From Candidatus Hydrogenedentota bacterium (GTDB lineage Bacteria > Hydrogenedentota > Hydrogenedentia > Hydrogenedentales > JAEUWI01): DNA of 64,000 bases. Under the pieces are notes generated by a model. It saw nothing but the letters and a program-made list of their open reading frames with translations, ran no database searches and was not told the origin of the DNA. Of the stretch, positions 48,788 through 58,366 are shown piece after piece. Within the stretch, counting starts at the first letter, position 1. Every line of letters starts with the position of its first letter. The DNA lies in the NCBI GenBank assembly GCA_034669905.1, contig JAXMOL010000045.1, positions 2,584 to 66,583 of the forward strand, read 5' to 3'. Made by a program: the position numbers and the translations under genes.

Positions 48788-51700
48788 TCAGTTGAACTTC
48801 TCCGCGCGCTTGACCAGCTTCTCCAGGCCCTTTTCACCTGGATCGGCGGGGGTTCCCGGATGGATTATCCCGGCGGTGCACTTCTCCGCCGCCCGGACGA
48901 TGTCTTTGAAGGGCCCCCCTTTGGGATCTTTTACATAGGCCTTCTTCTGTTCGTTGTAGGCGAATATTTTGGGATTGATCTGGGTGCACTCATCGCAGGC
49001 GGTGCACTCCGCCGTATCGATGTAGGCGGCCGTGAACCCGCCATTGTCACTCGCGGCGGGTGCCGGTTCTGACGCGGGGGGGGCGGAGGCGTCCGGAATG
49101 GCCATTGCCGTCATCCCGCCATTACCACCGACGAGCTGCAACAATTGTGCGGCAAGATGCTGCGCCATTTCCGACTTCACGGAGGCGGCAATGGCGTCAC
49201 GGTCGGGCATTTCGGCGGGCAGGGCGATCGCGCGTAGCATGGTCCAGAACTGCTTCCGGTCTTCTGTCGCCTTAACAATCGGATCCGCGGGGATAACACG
49301 GACGAGTTCGTGTTTCTTGCCTACCATCCAGATATAGGGGAAGAGTCCTTCCCGGTCTTCGTCGGTAAGCTCCAGGTATTCGGCCAGGGCGATCATGTTC
49401 TCGTTCCAGGTATCCCGGGGCGCCTTCCGGAACTGTTTCCGGAAGCGGCCTTCCGTCACGGCGAAGTCGGCGAAGGTGAGGGGTGTTTCCATCGTGGCTT
49501 CCTCCCCTTCTTCGTCGGTGTAGTGAAGGGTATATACGGGCCATTCGAGGTCCATGGCGGGATTGCCATCCAGGTCAAAGCACTCCTGGGGGGTGGCACC
49601 GAGATCGGGGTTGTAGCGGAAGAGGGGGTAGGCACGGGATTCGACGGCGAGCTTGCTCTGGAGATCGGCCACGTCGTCGGCGATGCCATGCTCGGGCATG
49701 CAGGGGCTGTACACATTGAAGAGGGCGGGGCGACGGGCGTTCAAGCCGTCGATAAAGCCTTCCAGCAAGTGGGTTACGTTGGAGATACTGCCCTGCATGC
49801 AGTAAGTCGTCCGGTGTGCCATGGCAATCAGGCCGATTTCCTTTCGGATCTCTTCCTTGCCCTGGAAGGCCTTGCCGAACTGTGCCATGTCGGAGACCTG
49901 GCCGGTGAAGCCGGAGGTGCAGGCCTGGCCCCCCGTATTGGAGTAGACCTGGGTATCCAGGACCATGACCTTGATGGGTTTGCCCGACATCATGAGCCGG
50001 GAGAGATTCTGGAAGCCGATGTCATACATGGCGCCGTCTCCCCCTACGGAAACGACGGGCGGACAGAGGAGGAATTCTTCCGGGGAGAAGTGTCGCCAGT
50101 TGAAGTAGGTGAGAGACTTCTCATATTCCTTCCAGGGCATGCGATCTTCCAGTGCGAGTTCGGCCAGCCGGATGGCCTTGAAGCCATCGGCCATCTTGGC
50201 CATGTGTCCCTCGAAGATGCCCATGGCCATACTGGGTGAATCCTGGAAGAGGTGGTTGGCCCAGGGGAAGGGGTAGGGGTTGAATGGGAAGGTGGAACCC
50301 CAGACGGAGGTGCAGCCGGTGGCGTTGATAATGCCCATGCTGGACCGTCCCCGGTGGGTCGTACCCGTGGTGTAATTCCAGTGAAGCTGTTTCAGGTGGG
50401 CCATCAGCCCCGTGACCCACTGGAGCCAACCCGGATCGAGGGGCTGTTGGCTATGTTGTTGGTCGAGGCCTTCGGAGAGGCGACCGAGGGTCAGATCGGC
50501 ATTCTTCGCCGTGTCGATAGCATGCTGGATGGCCGAGGGGTCACTCAGGTCCACGGTACTCGCGAGCTTCAGGCGGACGTGCTGTTCGAGGTCCTTCATC
50601 AGCGCCTCAAGACGGGCCAGGTGGGCTTTTACCCGGGGCTGCATGAGGGCTTCCACCGTTGCGGTGAAGAGGTGAATAACCGTCTTTTCGCCACATCCCA
50701 GGCAGGCACCATCGCCGCCTGTCATGGTGTAATAGGCTTTCTTGTCCAGCAACAGGGTTTCGAGGGCGCCAATCTTTTCGTCCAGATCGTCGATGCGGAT
50801 GTATTCCTGCGAGGTGGTCGGCAGGGCGCGCCAGACTTCCCAGTCATCCCGCAGCTTCTTGAGGGAGCTTTCGGTCTGGGGAATGGCGCGGAGGGCATCG
50901 TCGTCGCACACTTCGACGCATTCCATGCAGCCTTTACAGGCGTAGGGGTTGACCGTGATGGAAAGGAGGCCACCACTTCCGGGCTGCCGTTTTTCTTTCT
51001 GAGTGAAGTAGGGCTTCGAGACAGCGAACTGGAAATCCCCGAGCGCTTCCGTAAACCAGCCCGCTTCTTCCTCGAGCCGCGGGCGGTCGGTGTCGGATAC
51101 GGTGCTGACGGCGACGACATCATCCAGTACTTCGTTAATCAGGGCGCGAACCTGGGCAGGCTCGCCTTCGGTACCCAGTCGGCTCCGGAGACGATTCTCT
51201 ACAATGCCCAGCGTCTTGCGCAGGAGTTTTGTGGCGCCATGGGTCCCTTCAACCCGTGACATGGCGGTGTCAAAGACCTCTTTGATGGAATGAACCAGGC
51301 CGGGGATCGCGCTGTCGGGGCATACGGTGTAGCACTTGCCGCAGGCGGTACAGTTTTCGGGAATCCAGAGGGGATGGTCGAAGCGAATCTGGCTCATATC
51401 GCGAAAGACGCCGGTGCAGGCGGGCACAACACTCAATCCGATGAAGGGATCCACGAGGTTGTCGTTACCCTTCCCCGTCATATAAAACTCACCGGTCTCC
51501 TCCCAGAAGCGGTGGACGTCGCTGAAGGCGTTTTCGCCCTTCGGCACATCACGCATCATGACGGGCAGGGTAGGTGCGCGTCGTAGCGCGGTCTCCGGCT
51601 CGGTGGAAAGGGACTTGTCTGTGATCTCGGACACTTCGTCGAAGCCGCGGGTTACGACCCGGACGTTGTCTTCCACCACGCGGGCACCCTTGCTGCCAAA

Positions 51701-53710
51701 CTTGTGCTGCAATTGCTTCTTGATCGCCTCGAAGAGCGATTCCTCGGTCAGCCCCTGCTTCTCCATCACGGGTGAGGCCTTAAAAAAGGCCCCCTGGAAA
51801 GCGTTGCCCTGCATCCGGAATTGGAGCTCCGGGTCGGCGGCTTCGTCCCGCGCAATTTTGAAGGCGTCGAGATAGAAAACGCGGATCTTATGGTCCACGA
51901 TGATTTTTTGATAGGTCTTGGGAATACTCTTCCATACGGCTTCCGGGGTGTTCAGGTCCGATTGTATGATGAAGACCCCACCCCCCTTCAGGCCGGCGAG
52001 GGCGTTACTGTGGTTGAACACGTTCGGGTCGGGGGAGAGCACGACGTCCACGTAGATATATTCGCAATTGATTCGGATGGGCTCGGGCGCGGCAGAAAGG
52101 TAGTAGGTGGTTGGCTGGCCTTTCTTTTCGGACCCATACTTCGGATTGGCCTTGATGTGATAACCCAGGAGGTCGAAGAGGGTCATGGCCAGGTTCTTAC
52201 CCGTGGTAATCGCACCCCAGCCCCCCACGGAGTGGAATCGTACCGTGATGGCATCTTTCGGCATGAGATTGGGATTTTCGCTGCCGCGTATCGCCAGCTT
52301 ACGGACGTCGGGATAGGCCGCTTCGATGGTCTGCTGCTGGATTTCCTGCTTGGGGGTGTAGGCCTTGTCGTGAAGGAAGTCGACGGACAGATAAAAGAAT
52401 CGCTTTTTCTCGCCGTCGGGCAGCATATTCTCAACGGCGGCAATGAGGCCTTCGGGCTGCAGGTCGCGGCTGCCGAGGCCGAAGGAGCCCGAGTAGAGTG
52501 GAGGGGCGTCATGGGCACTGGAGTAGGCGGTAATTCCGGGATAGGGGACCGGGCCCTTAGCCGCGCGCCCGTTTTCCATGGCCTTCCCTATTGCGCCACG
52601 TATTTCTTTCATCAGGGGGAGGTCGGAGGCGAGGGGCTGGTCGACCCGTTCGAGAATAACCACGCCCTTGCGCCCCTTGAGAAGCTCACTGAGCAGATCC
52701 GAGGGAAATGGCCGGAACATGATCAGGTTTATCACGCCCACTTTAAGTTTCCGCGTTTCACGGAGGTAGTCTGCCACCGTCTCGGCGGAGCTGACCACCG
52801 AGCCCTGCCCGAAGATGATATATTCCGCATCGTCGCACTTGTAGGTGTTGACCCGTGCGTAGTGCCGACCCGTGAGTTCGGAGAAGGCTGCGAAGCATCC
52901 GTCTGACAGCGACTGGATGTGGTCGAAGAAGAAGGGGCGCTGGGCGGCGACGCTCTGCATGTAGGCGTCCTGATTCTGCACCGTGCCGAGCATCATCGGA
53001 TTGTCGACGGTCCAGAGCTCGGGAATCCGGCGCCGCGTTTCACCATACATGATCTTCTGGGCGGGCGTGGGCGTCGGGATGATGTCGTCGGGCCGTCCCA
53101 GATACTCGGCGATGAGTTCCCGCTCGGGCAAGAGGATGGACTCAATGAGGTGGGTTGTCAGGAATCCGTCCTGGGCCACGATCCCGGGGGTCAGTGAAAG
53201 TTCGGCGATCTTGTGGGCGATGATGTTCAGGTCACAAACTTCTTGGGCGCTTTTTCCGAATACCTGGAAAAAGCCCGTATCGTCCACCGCATGGTAATCA
53301 TCGTGGCCGGCATGGACGTTGAGGCTTGACTTGGTCATCGCGCGGCAGCCCATGTTGAGTACATAGGTCAGGCGCTTGCCCACGGCGGCATAGAGGGATT
53401 CGTGCATGTAGGCGATGCCCTGGCCCGAGGAGAAATTGGTGGCGCGCAGCCCGGTCATGGAGAGGCCGGCCGTAACGGCGGCCGCGGCATGTTCGCCCTC
53501 GGGTTCGATGAAAATCAGCGGACGTTCCGAAATATTGAGATGGCCCTTGGCGGTTTCCTCGGCCCAGTATTCGCCCATCTGCGTGGAGGGCGTTATGGGG
53601 TAAGCGCCCGCCGCGTCGCTGGATTCCCGCTCGCACATGATGACGGCGGTATTGCCGTCCATCGCTTGCCGTATGCCGGGGTATTTACATGTCTTCGTCA
53701 AGTTTTTCAT
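48788..53710 (-). CDS. por: Single-chain pyruvate/2-oxoacid:ferredoxin oxidoreductase (NifJ/PFOR-type) with an extra C-terminal ferredoxin
   Basis: AYPITPS, SEKKG, two 4Fe-4S motifs, GACLGCGE, NATGC, GGDGAMYDIG, YSNTGGQ, CMPEHG; terminal CTACDEC...C domain. Confidence 0.9.
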   Translation of the reverse strand: MKNLTKTCKYPGIRQAMDGNTAVIMCERESSDAAGAYPITPSTQMGEYWAEETAKGHLNISERPLIFIEPEGEHAAAAVTAGLSMTGLRATNFSSGQGIAYMHESLYAAVGKRLTYVLNMGCRAMTKSSLNVHAGHDDYHAVDDTGFFQVFGKSAQEVCDLNIIAHKIAELSLTPGIVAQDGFLTTHLIESILLPERELIAEYLGRPDDIIPTPTPAQKIMYGETRRRIPELWTVDNPMMLGTVQNQDAYMQSVAAQRPFFFDHIQSLSDGCFAAFSELTGRHYARVNTYKCDDAEYIIFGQGSVVSSAETVADYLRETRKLKVGVINLIMFRPFPSDLLSELLKGRKGVVILERVDQPLASDLPLMKEIRGAIGKAMENGRAAKGPVPYPGITAYSSAHDAPPLYSGSFGLGSRDLQPEGLIAAVENMLPDGEKKRFFYLSVDFLHDKAYTPKQEIQQQTIEAAYPDVRKLAIRGSENPNLMPKDAITVRFHSVGGWGAITTGKNLAMTLFDLLGYHIKANPKYGSEKKGQPTTYYLSAAPEPIRINCEYIYVDVVLSPDPNVFNHSNALAGLKGGGVFIIQSDLNTPEAVWKSIPKTYQKIIVDHKIRVFYLDAFKIARDEAADPELQFRMQGNAFQGAFFKASPVMEKQGLTEESLFEAIKKQLQHKFGSKGARVVEDNVRVVTRGFDEVSEITDKSLSTEPETALRRAPTLPVMMRDVPKGENAFSDVHRFWEETGEFYMTGKGNDNLVDPFIGLSVVPACTGVFRDMSQIRFDHPLWIPENCTACGKCYTVCPDSAIPGLVHSIKEVFDTAMSRVEGTHGATKLLRKTLGIVENRLRSRLGTEGEPAQVRALINEVLDDVVAVSTVSDTDRPRLEEEAGWFTEALGDFQFAVSKPYFTQKEKRQPGSGGLLSITVNPYACKGCMECVEVCDDDALRAIPQTESSLKKLRDDWEVWRALPTTSQEYIRIDDLDEKIGALETLLLDKKAYYTMTGGDGACLGCGEKTVIHLFTATVEALMQPRVKAHLARLEALMKDLEQHVRLKLASTVDLSDPSAIQHAIDTAKNADLTLGRLSEGLDQQHSQQPLDPGWLQWVTGLMAHLKQLHWNYTTGTTHRGRSSMGIINATGCTSVWGSTFPFNPYPFPWANHLFQDSPSMAMGIFEGHMAKMADGFKAIRLAELALEDRMPWKEYEKSLTYFNWRHFSPEEFLLCPPVVSVGGDGAMYDIGFQNLSRLMMSGKPIKVMVLDTQVYSNTGGQACTSGFTGQVSDMAQFGKAFQGKEEIRKEIGLIAMAHRTTYCMQGSISNVTHLLEGFIDGLNARRPALFNVYSPCMPEHGIADDVADLQSKLAVESRAYPLFRYNPDLGATPQECFDLDGNPAMDLEWPVYTLHYTDEEGEEATMETPLTFADFAVTEGRFRKQFRKAPRDTWNENMIALAEYLELTDEDREGLFPYIWMVGKKHELVRVIPADPIVKATEDRKQFWTMLRAIALPAEMPDRDAIAASVKSEMAQHLAAQLLQLVGGNGGMTAMAIPDASAPPASEPAPAASDNGGFTAAYIDTAECTACDECTQINPKIFAYNEQKKAYVKDPKGGPFKDIVRAAEKCTAGIIHPGTPADPGEKGLEKLVKRAEKFN

Positions 53711-53744
53711 GGCCAACACCTTGATCGCGTTTCCGTTCGCGCCC

Positions 53745-54626
53745 TTATGATTTGTCCATCGTCATGACCGGCAGCGGCGATTTCCGGACGACCGGTGGCG
53801 CTGCCGCGCCTTTTTCCACCACGCCCGTATCCGAAATCCAGACGATCGCCCCCGTGGGACAGCGCTGGATAATCTCTTTGGTAAGTTGCCCACCCCGGCC
53901 GTAGTTCACTACCGGCAAGTTCTCCTGCATGGTGACGGCACCATCCGGTGCATCGGCGGCACACCGGCCGCAGGCGTTGCATGCTACGGCACATTCCGCC
54001 AGCGCCCCATCCCCCTCTGCGAGGCTCTTGCAGGCTACCCAGAGGTGGTGGGTGACGGGGTGGATGGAGAAAAGGTCTTTGGGACACACGTCGACGCAAT
54101 CATTACAGGCGGTGCATTTCGTCTCGTCGACAACAGGGAGACCGTGCGCGTTCATCGTGATGGCGCCGAAACTACAAACCGCCTCGCAGTCGCCCAGTCC
54201 CAGACAGCCCCAGGAGCATCCCTTACCGCCGCCTGCGATGAGTGTGGCACCGCGACAGCTTTGCGCACTGCCGTAAACCGCCCGGTTCCAGGCCACATTC
54301 GTGCCGCCCGCACAGGCCAGCCGGGCCACCCGCTTGACTGCGGTACCGGCTTCCATTCCGAGATAGCCCGCTACGGCCTTAATGCCCTCCGGTGCGCTCA
54401 CCGTACATTGGACGGGTGTCGCTTTACCCGCTACCACCGTCTCCGCAAAGGCGCGGCAGCCAGCCTGACCACAGGCGCCGCAGTTTGCGCCGGGTAGCAT
54501 ATCTTCGACCACATCAATGCGGGGGTCCTCTTCCACCTGGAAGCGGCGATTGGCAGTCGCCAGTCCGAGCGAAAGCAGCCCACCGAGCAGGGCCATGAAG
54601 AAGGTCGCTAAGAGAATTTCTGACAT
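53745..54626 (-). CDS. rnfB: Rnf complex subunit B
   Basis: N-terminal TM; LPGANCGACG..GC; several ferredoxin motifs. Confidence 0.92.
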   Translation of the reverse strand: MSEILLATFFMALLGGLLSLGLATANRRFQVEEDPRIDVVEDMLPGANCGACGQAGCRAFAETVVAGKATPVQCTVSAPEGIKAVAGYLGMEAGTAVKRVARLACAGGTNVAWNRAVYGSAQSCRGATLIAGGGKGCSWGCLGLGDCEAVCSFGAITMNAHGLPVVDETKCTACNDCVDVCPKDLFSIHPVTHHLWVACKSLAEGDGALAECAVACNACGRCAADAPDGAVTMQENLPVVNYGRGGQLTKEIIQRCPTGAIVWISDTGVVEKGAAAPPVVRKSPLPVMTMDKS

Positions 54627-54680
54627 CCCACTACCTCTGTTACTGTAGCAGTAGACCTCACACGTTCACTGTAATTGTGG

Positions 54681-54696
54681 TGCAAGAATAGTGCCA
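54681..54696 (-). promoter_or_regulatory. sigma54 (-24/-12) promoter of the rnf-por operon
   Basis: TGGCAC-TATTC-TTGCA on the minus strand, 55 bp upstream of the rnfB ATG. Confidence 0.75.
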
Positions 54697-55146
54697 GTAG
54701 TCCCAGCAAGAAAATGGTCCATTACGGGACGCTTTTTGCCACTTCTGCCCCGGCTTGGCCCCGAAATGCCCGGGATGGAGATTCCCACTGCGCACTACTG
54801 TACACCCTGGTTTCCGACTGAACAGTTTATGCTCAGGTGGGTCGGGCGGTGCAGTAAATCAGGTGTCGTGTACGGTCAAAGGGCGTGTACCCCGGTGTGT
54901 CCCTGCACGCTTCGGCTTGCAGGGCTGCGATACAGACCCCAGCAGCCTCGCCGACCTTTCAGTGGGCGGAGGCAGAACGGCAATGGGGGGGCAGTAGGAC
55001 ACGGAAGCGCAATTGTGTGCACACTGCGCACGTTAGCATCGGGAAGCAGAGGCTGTTGGCGTAGGTGGGGGATGGGAACAGGATTGCTCTGTCGCGCCAA
55101 TTTCTGCGCACATGAACGCAGGCGGTCTGTATGCCGACAAAGAAAA

Positions 55147-55181
55147 CAGGCCAAGGACTTAAGAGATAAGTCCTTGGCCTG
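55147..55181. terminator. Hairpin downstream of tRNA-Val
   Basis: CAGGCCAAGGACTT-N7-AAGTCCTTGGCCTG, 14-bp perfect stem. Confidence 0.7.
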
Positions 55182-55192
55182 AGGCGTCTTAA

Positions 55193-55269
55193 TGGTGGGC
55201 GATACAAGAATCGAACTTGTGACCTCCACGATGTCAACGTGGCGCTCTAACCAACTGAGCTAACCGCCC
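55193..55269 (-). tRNA. tRNA-Val (GAC)
   Basis: 77 nt: GGGCGGTTAGCTCAGTTGGTTAGAGCG-CCACG-TT GAC AT-CGTGG-...GTTCGA...CGCCCACCA; CCA encoded. Confidence 0.97.
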
Positions 55270-55374
55270 CTGGGTGAGGTGACTGGATTTCCAATCAACT
55301 CAGGGTTCCGACGTCGCTTGCGCGTGCATCGGGACACGAATAGTAGCAAAACGGCCGAGGCCGTGTCAACGGAA

Positions 55375-56148
55375 TTACTGTTTTTCAGCGACAATTTCGA
55401 AAGTGATGCGGACTTCGTCTTTGACGAGGTCATCGGCGAGGCCCGTGTCGGTCATGCCCCAGTCGCTGCGCAGGAGTGCGAAGTCGGCGGCCGCTTTAAG
55501 GGTGTCGCCTTCGACGGCAATGGTGGCGGGGAAGGTGATGTTGGTTTCAACGCCACGAACCATCAGCTTGCCGGAAACATCATAGCCTTTTTCGGTCTTC
55601 TTGACGCCGGAGGAGGTGAAGGAGGCTTCCGGATGGGCACCAATGTTGAACCACTCTTCATTGTGGAGTGTTTCGGTGAGCATGGAGGCCGTCGTGAAGA
55701 TGGAGGTCATGTCGAAAGTGATGGCGATCTGGGCGGTCTCGGGATTGCCGTCGGTGATGATAACCGTGCCATTGTATTCGCCCCAGCTACCCTGCTGGTT
55801 GCCCGTTACTTTGTAGCCGGTGAAACCGATAGCGTTTTCATCGTTGGGCTCGATGACGTACGTAACCGGGCCGGTAGCGGCGGGAGCGGCTTCGGGGGCG
55901 GGCGTAGCTTCGGGAGCGGGCGCAGCTTCCGGTGCAGGCGTTGCTTCGGGAGCAGGTGTTTCTTCAGCAGGCATTTCTTCTGCCGGGGCTTCTTCGGCGG
56001 GTGCTTCTTCAGCAGGTGCTGCTTCCGGCGCGGGGTCCACGTTGCGCACAACGGTAAGCTCTTCGGGCGGGGCGGTTTCGCCACATCCGGAAAGGACAGC
56101 GAGCAGTGCGACGAGGGTCAGCGCGGTGAGGTTGCTCATGAGTTTCAT
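55375..56148 (-). CDS. YceI family lipoprotein with Pro/Ala/Glu-rich tether
   Basis: Lipobox LSGC; EEAPA/PEATPA repeats; YceI motifs (IGFTG, WFNIGAHPEASF, GKLMVRGV, RSDWGM). Confidence 0.88.
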   Translation of the reverse strand: MKLMSNLTALTLVALLAVLSGCGETAPPEELTVVRNVDPAPEAAPAEEAPAEEAPAEEMPAEETPAPEATPAPEAAPAPEATPAPEAAPAATGPVTYVIEPNDENAIGFTGYKVTGNQQGSWGEYNGTVIITDGNPETAQIAITFDMTSIFTTASMLTETLHNEEWFNIGAHPEASFTSSGVKKTEKGYDVSGKLMVRGVETNITFPATIAVEGDTLKAAADFALLRSDWGMTDTGLADDLVKDEVRITFEIVAEKQ

Positions 56149-56320
56149 GGTAGTTTCTCCGTTTCAAGACACGCGGGGCGTAAGGGTGGTGTCTGGTGTC
56201 AATAGGGGTTCATTTGGGCGTTTCTGGCATCCGGGAAATGGAGTAGAAAACGCGGGGGATTTATTTGTCCCCCGCCGGACCACCCAGGCGGTCCGGCGGA
56301 GGTAATATGCAGGGGATATT

Positions 56321-57880
56321 TTAGGCTTTCGTTTCCATTTCTGGAACTTCGATGGCCTGGATGTTTTCGTCGTACATCGTGGCGCTGGGCGTCTCGAAGT
56401 CGAACTGGGACCAGGCGGGATCGATTTCAATCACGCCGCCCGTTTTCGAAGCGTTGCGGGCCGCCACGGAAACGATGGTGGCACCAAGGCCGACCATTTC
56501 GTTGGTGCGGGGCTTTTCGCCACTCTTCACACATGCGGCGAAGGCGTTGAACTGGTGAACGTCGGCCGTGGTTTCCGAACCCTCGGCAGCGAAGAGCTGG
56601 GCACCGTCGATAGCGGAGTTACCGAGCTTGCGGCTGAGGCCGGAGCTGATCTTGTAGGCTTCCCGTTCGGCCTTGGACATTTCCTTGGTCTCTTCGGCGA
56701 AGGCGTCGAGGATAGCCTGCTTCTCGGCTTTCTGCTCGTCGGTGAGGGGAGTCGCCCAGGGTTCCTGGGTGAACCAGCAGCCATCGGCTTCGGTAAGCTC
56801 GATAGCGCCCTTGTCGCCCATGAACATTTCGCCGGCGCCCTTCTTGGCATTGGCGAGGATGCTGGAGTAGAAGCAACGCACCGTGTAGGGCTTGTTGATC
56901 TTCATGAAGTCCTGGTATTCGTTCCGGCTGTCGACGTTGATGAAGGCACCGTCTTTGCGGCTCACGTCGTAGTCGTACATGACGGAAATGTTGTCGGCCA
57001 CGGTGCGACCGTCGCGCCAGTAATCCGTGCCCGCCGTGCAATACACGCGGGAGGGCAGGGTGCCGGCAAACCAGTTGGCGATGTCCACGGAGTGGGTCAG
57101 CAGTTCGGTGAAGAGACCGCCAGAAGTTTCTTCATAGAGACGCCAGTTGAGGTGGTGCTCCAGGTCGGTCTTAATGAACTTCTGTTCCATTTCATTGAAG
57201 GCGTAGTCGTTATCGACCACGCGGCGGCCGGCGGCGTTACGGTGCCACTGCATTTCCATGTGGTTGATACGGCCGAGCCAATCTTCATTGAGATAGCGCT
57301 TCATGGCCAGGTTGTAGTTGGGATTGTAACGGCGCTGGTGGCCGACCTGGACGAAGAGACCCTTTTCGTTGGCCTTCTTCACGATGTCACGGGCGTGCTC
57401 GATTTCGTAGCACATGGTCTTTTCGCAGAAGACATAGAGTCCCTGCTCCAGGCAGTACATGGTGGGCTCGTAGTGTTCCGTGAGGCCCGTGGAGATGACG
57501 ACGGCGTCGAGTTCTTCCTTCTCGATCATCTCTTTGTAGTCGTAATAGGGGGTCGGCTTGGTAACGGCCTTGAGCTTAGCCATCTGCTCGGGCGTAGGAC
57601 GACCGCCTTCGAGAACGACCTGCGCGTTGGCGAGCCAGCCGCGAAGGGCGCCACCCTTTTGGTGGGGTTCGTAGACGTCGGCGACGGCCACGACTTCGAG
57701 ATCATTGGCACCCCAGATGCCGTCACCCAGGTGGAAGTTGCCCTGACCACCCGTTCCGATGCAGCCAATCCGAACTTTTTCGTTTTGCGCGTACGCGAGC
57801 GGGTTATACCCCGTTGCGATGGCTACGCCGGCAGTTGCGCCAGCAGCCTTCATGAAATTACGACGTGTAACTTCGTTCAT
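56321..57880 (-). CDS. Tat-exported Gfo/Idh/MocA oxidoreductase (paralog 1)
   Basis: TRRNFM Tat signal, IGTGGQG, FCEKTM, QVGHQRR, NWRLY, THSVD. Confidence 0.9.
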   Translation of the reverse strand: MNEVTRRNFMKAAGATAGVAIATGYNPLAYAQNEKVRIGCIGTGGQGNFHLGDGIWGANDLEVVAVADVYEPHQKGGALRGWLANAQVVLEGGRPTPEQMAKLKAVTKPTPYYDYKEMIEKEELDAVVISTGLTEHYEPTMYCLEQGLYVFCEKTMCYEIEHARDIVKKANEKGLFVQVGHQRRYNPNYNLAMKRYLNEDWLGRINHMEMQWHRNAAGRRVVDNDYAFNEMEQKFIKTDLEHHLNWRLYEETSGGLFTELLTHSVDIANWFAGTLPSRVYCTAGTDYWRDGRTVADNISVMYDYDVSRKDGAFINVDSRNEYQDFMKINKPYTVRCFYSSILANAKKGAGEMFMGDKGAIELTEADGCWFTQEPWATPLTDEQKAEKQAILDAFAEETKEMSKAEREAYKISSGLSRKLGNSAIDGAQLFAAEGSETTADVHQFNAFAACVKSGEKPRTNEMVGLGATIVSVAARNASKTGGVIEIDPAWSQFDFETPSATMYDENIQAIEVPEMETKA

Positions 57881-58366
57881 GACTTCTCCTTTGTAATGCG
57901 AGACCAGAGTTCGCAACGGTTTGGGTTTTGCCCGCAGACAGGCCCACTCCTGAGGGGCTGTGCGACGGGTCAGCCGCAGCGTGTCACCGCGACCGCCATA
58001 ATAGTAGTAGGATGGTTTCAGGGGATGTCTCACTTACCGAAGCGGATATCACGAAGGGGTTCCTGATGGGTAGGAACACCGTCGTATTATCCGACGTGAT
58101 CGGAAGCCAAACTTTACGTCGTTTTGTAAACCCTGACATCTTATTATAGGGCGCGACACGGCGCGCTGTCCAGTTCTTCAAATTGCATCAAAATGGTGCG
58201 TTAGGGGGGGCCTGATGGCGTCCGACCGCGTCCCTACTTATACAACGATTCAGCCGGAACTATGTCCGATATTTTTGCCCTGTTCTGCAGGAAGCCGACA
58301 CCCCGTGGCTGGACCAGAGGGCGTCGGCTCCTGCGTGAACCAAGGTGGAACAGTTCCGTCGTGACG

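Noticed and set aside
54700-55140. NifA-controlled nitrogen-fixation rnf
   Set aside because: No TGT-N10-ACA site found by eye and no nif genes in the window; cannot be excluded genome-wide.
55193-55269. tRNA-Val as the att site of an integrated element
   Set aside because: No integrase and no duplicated tRNA 3' end in the window.
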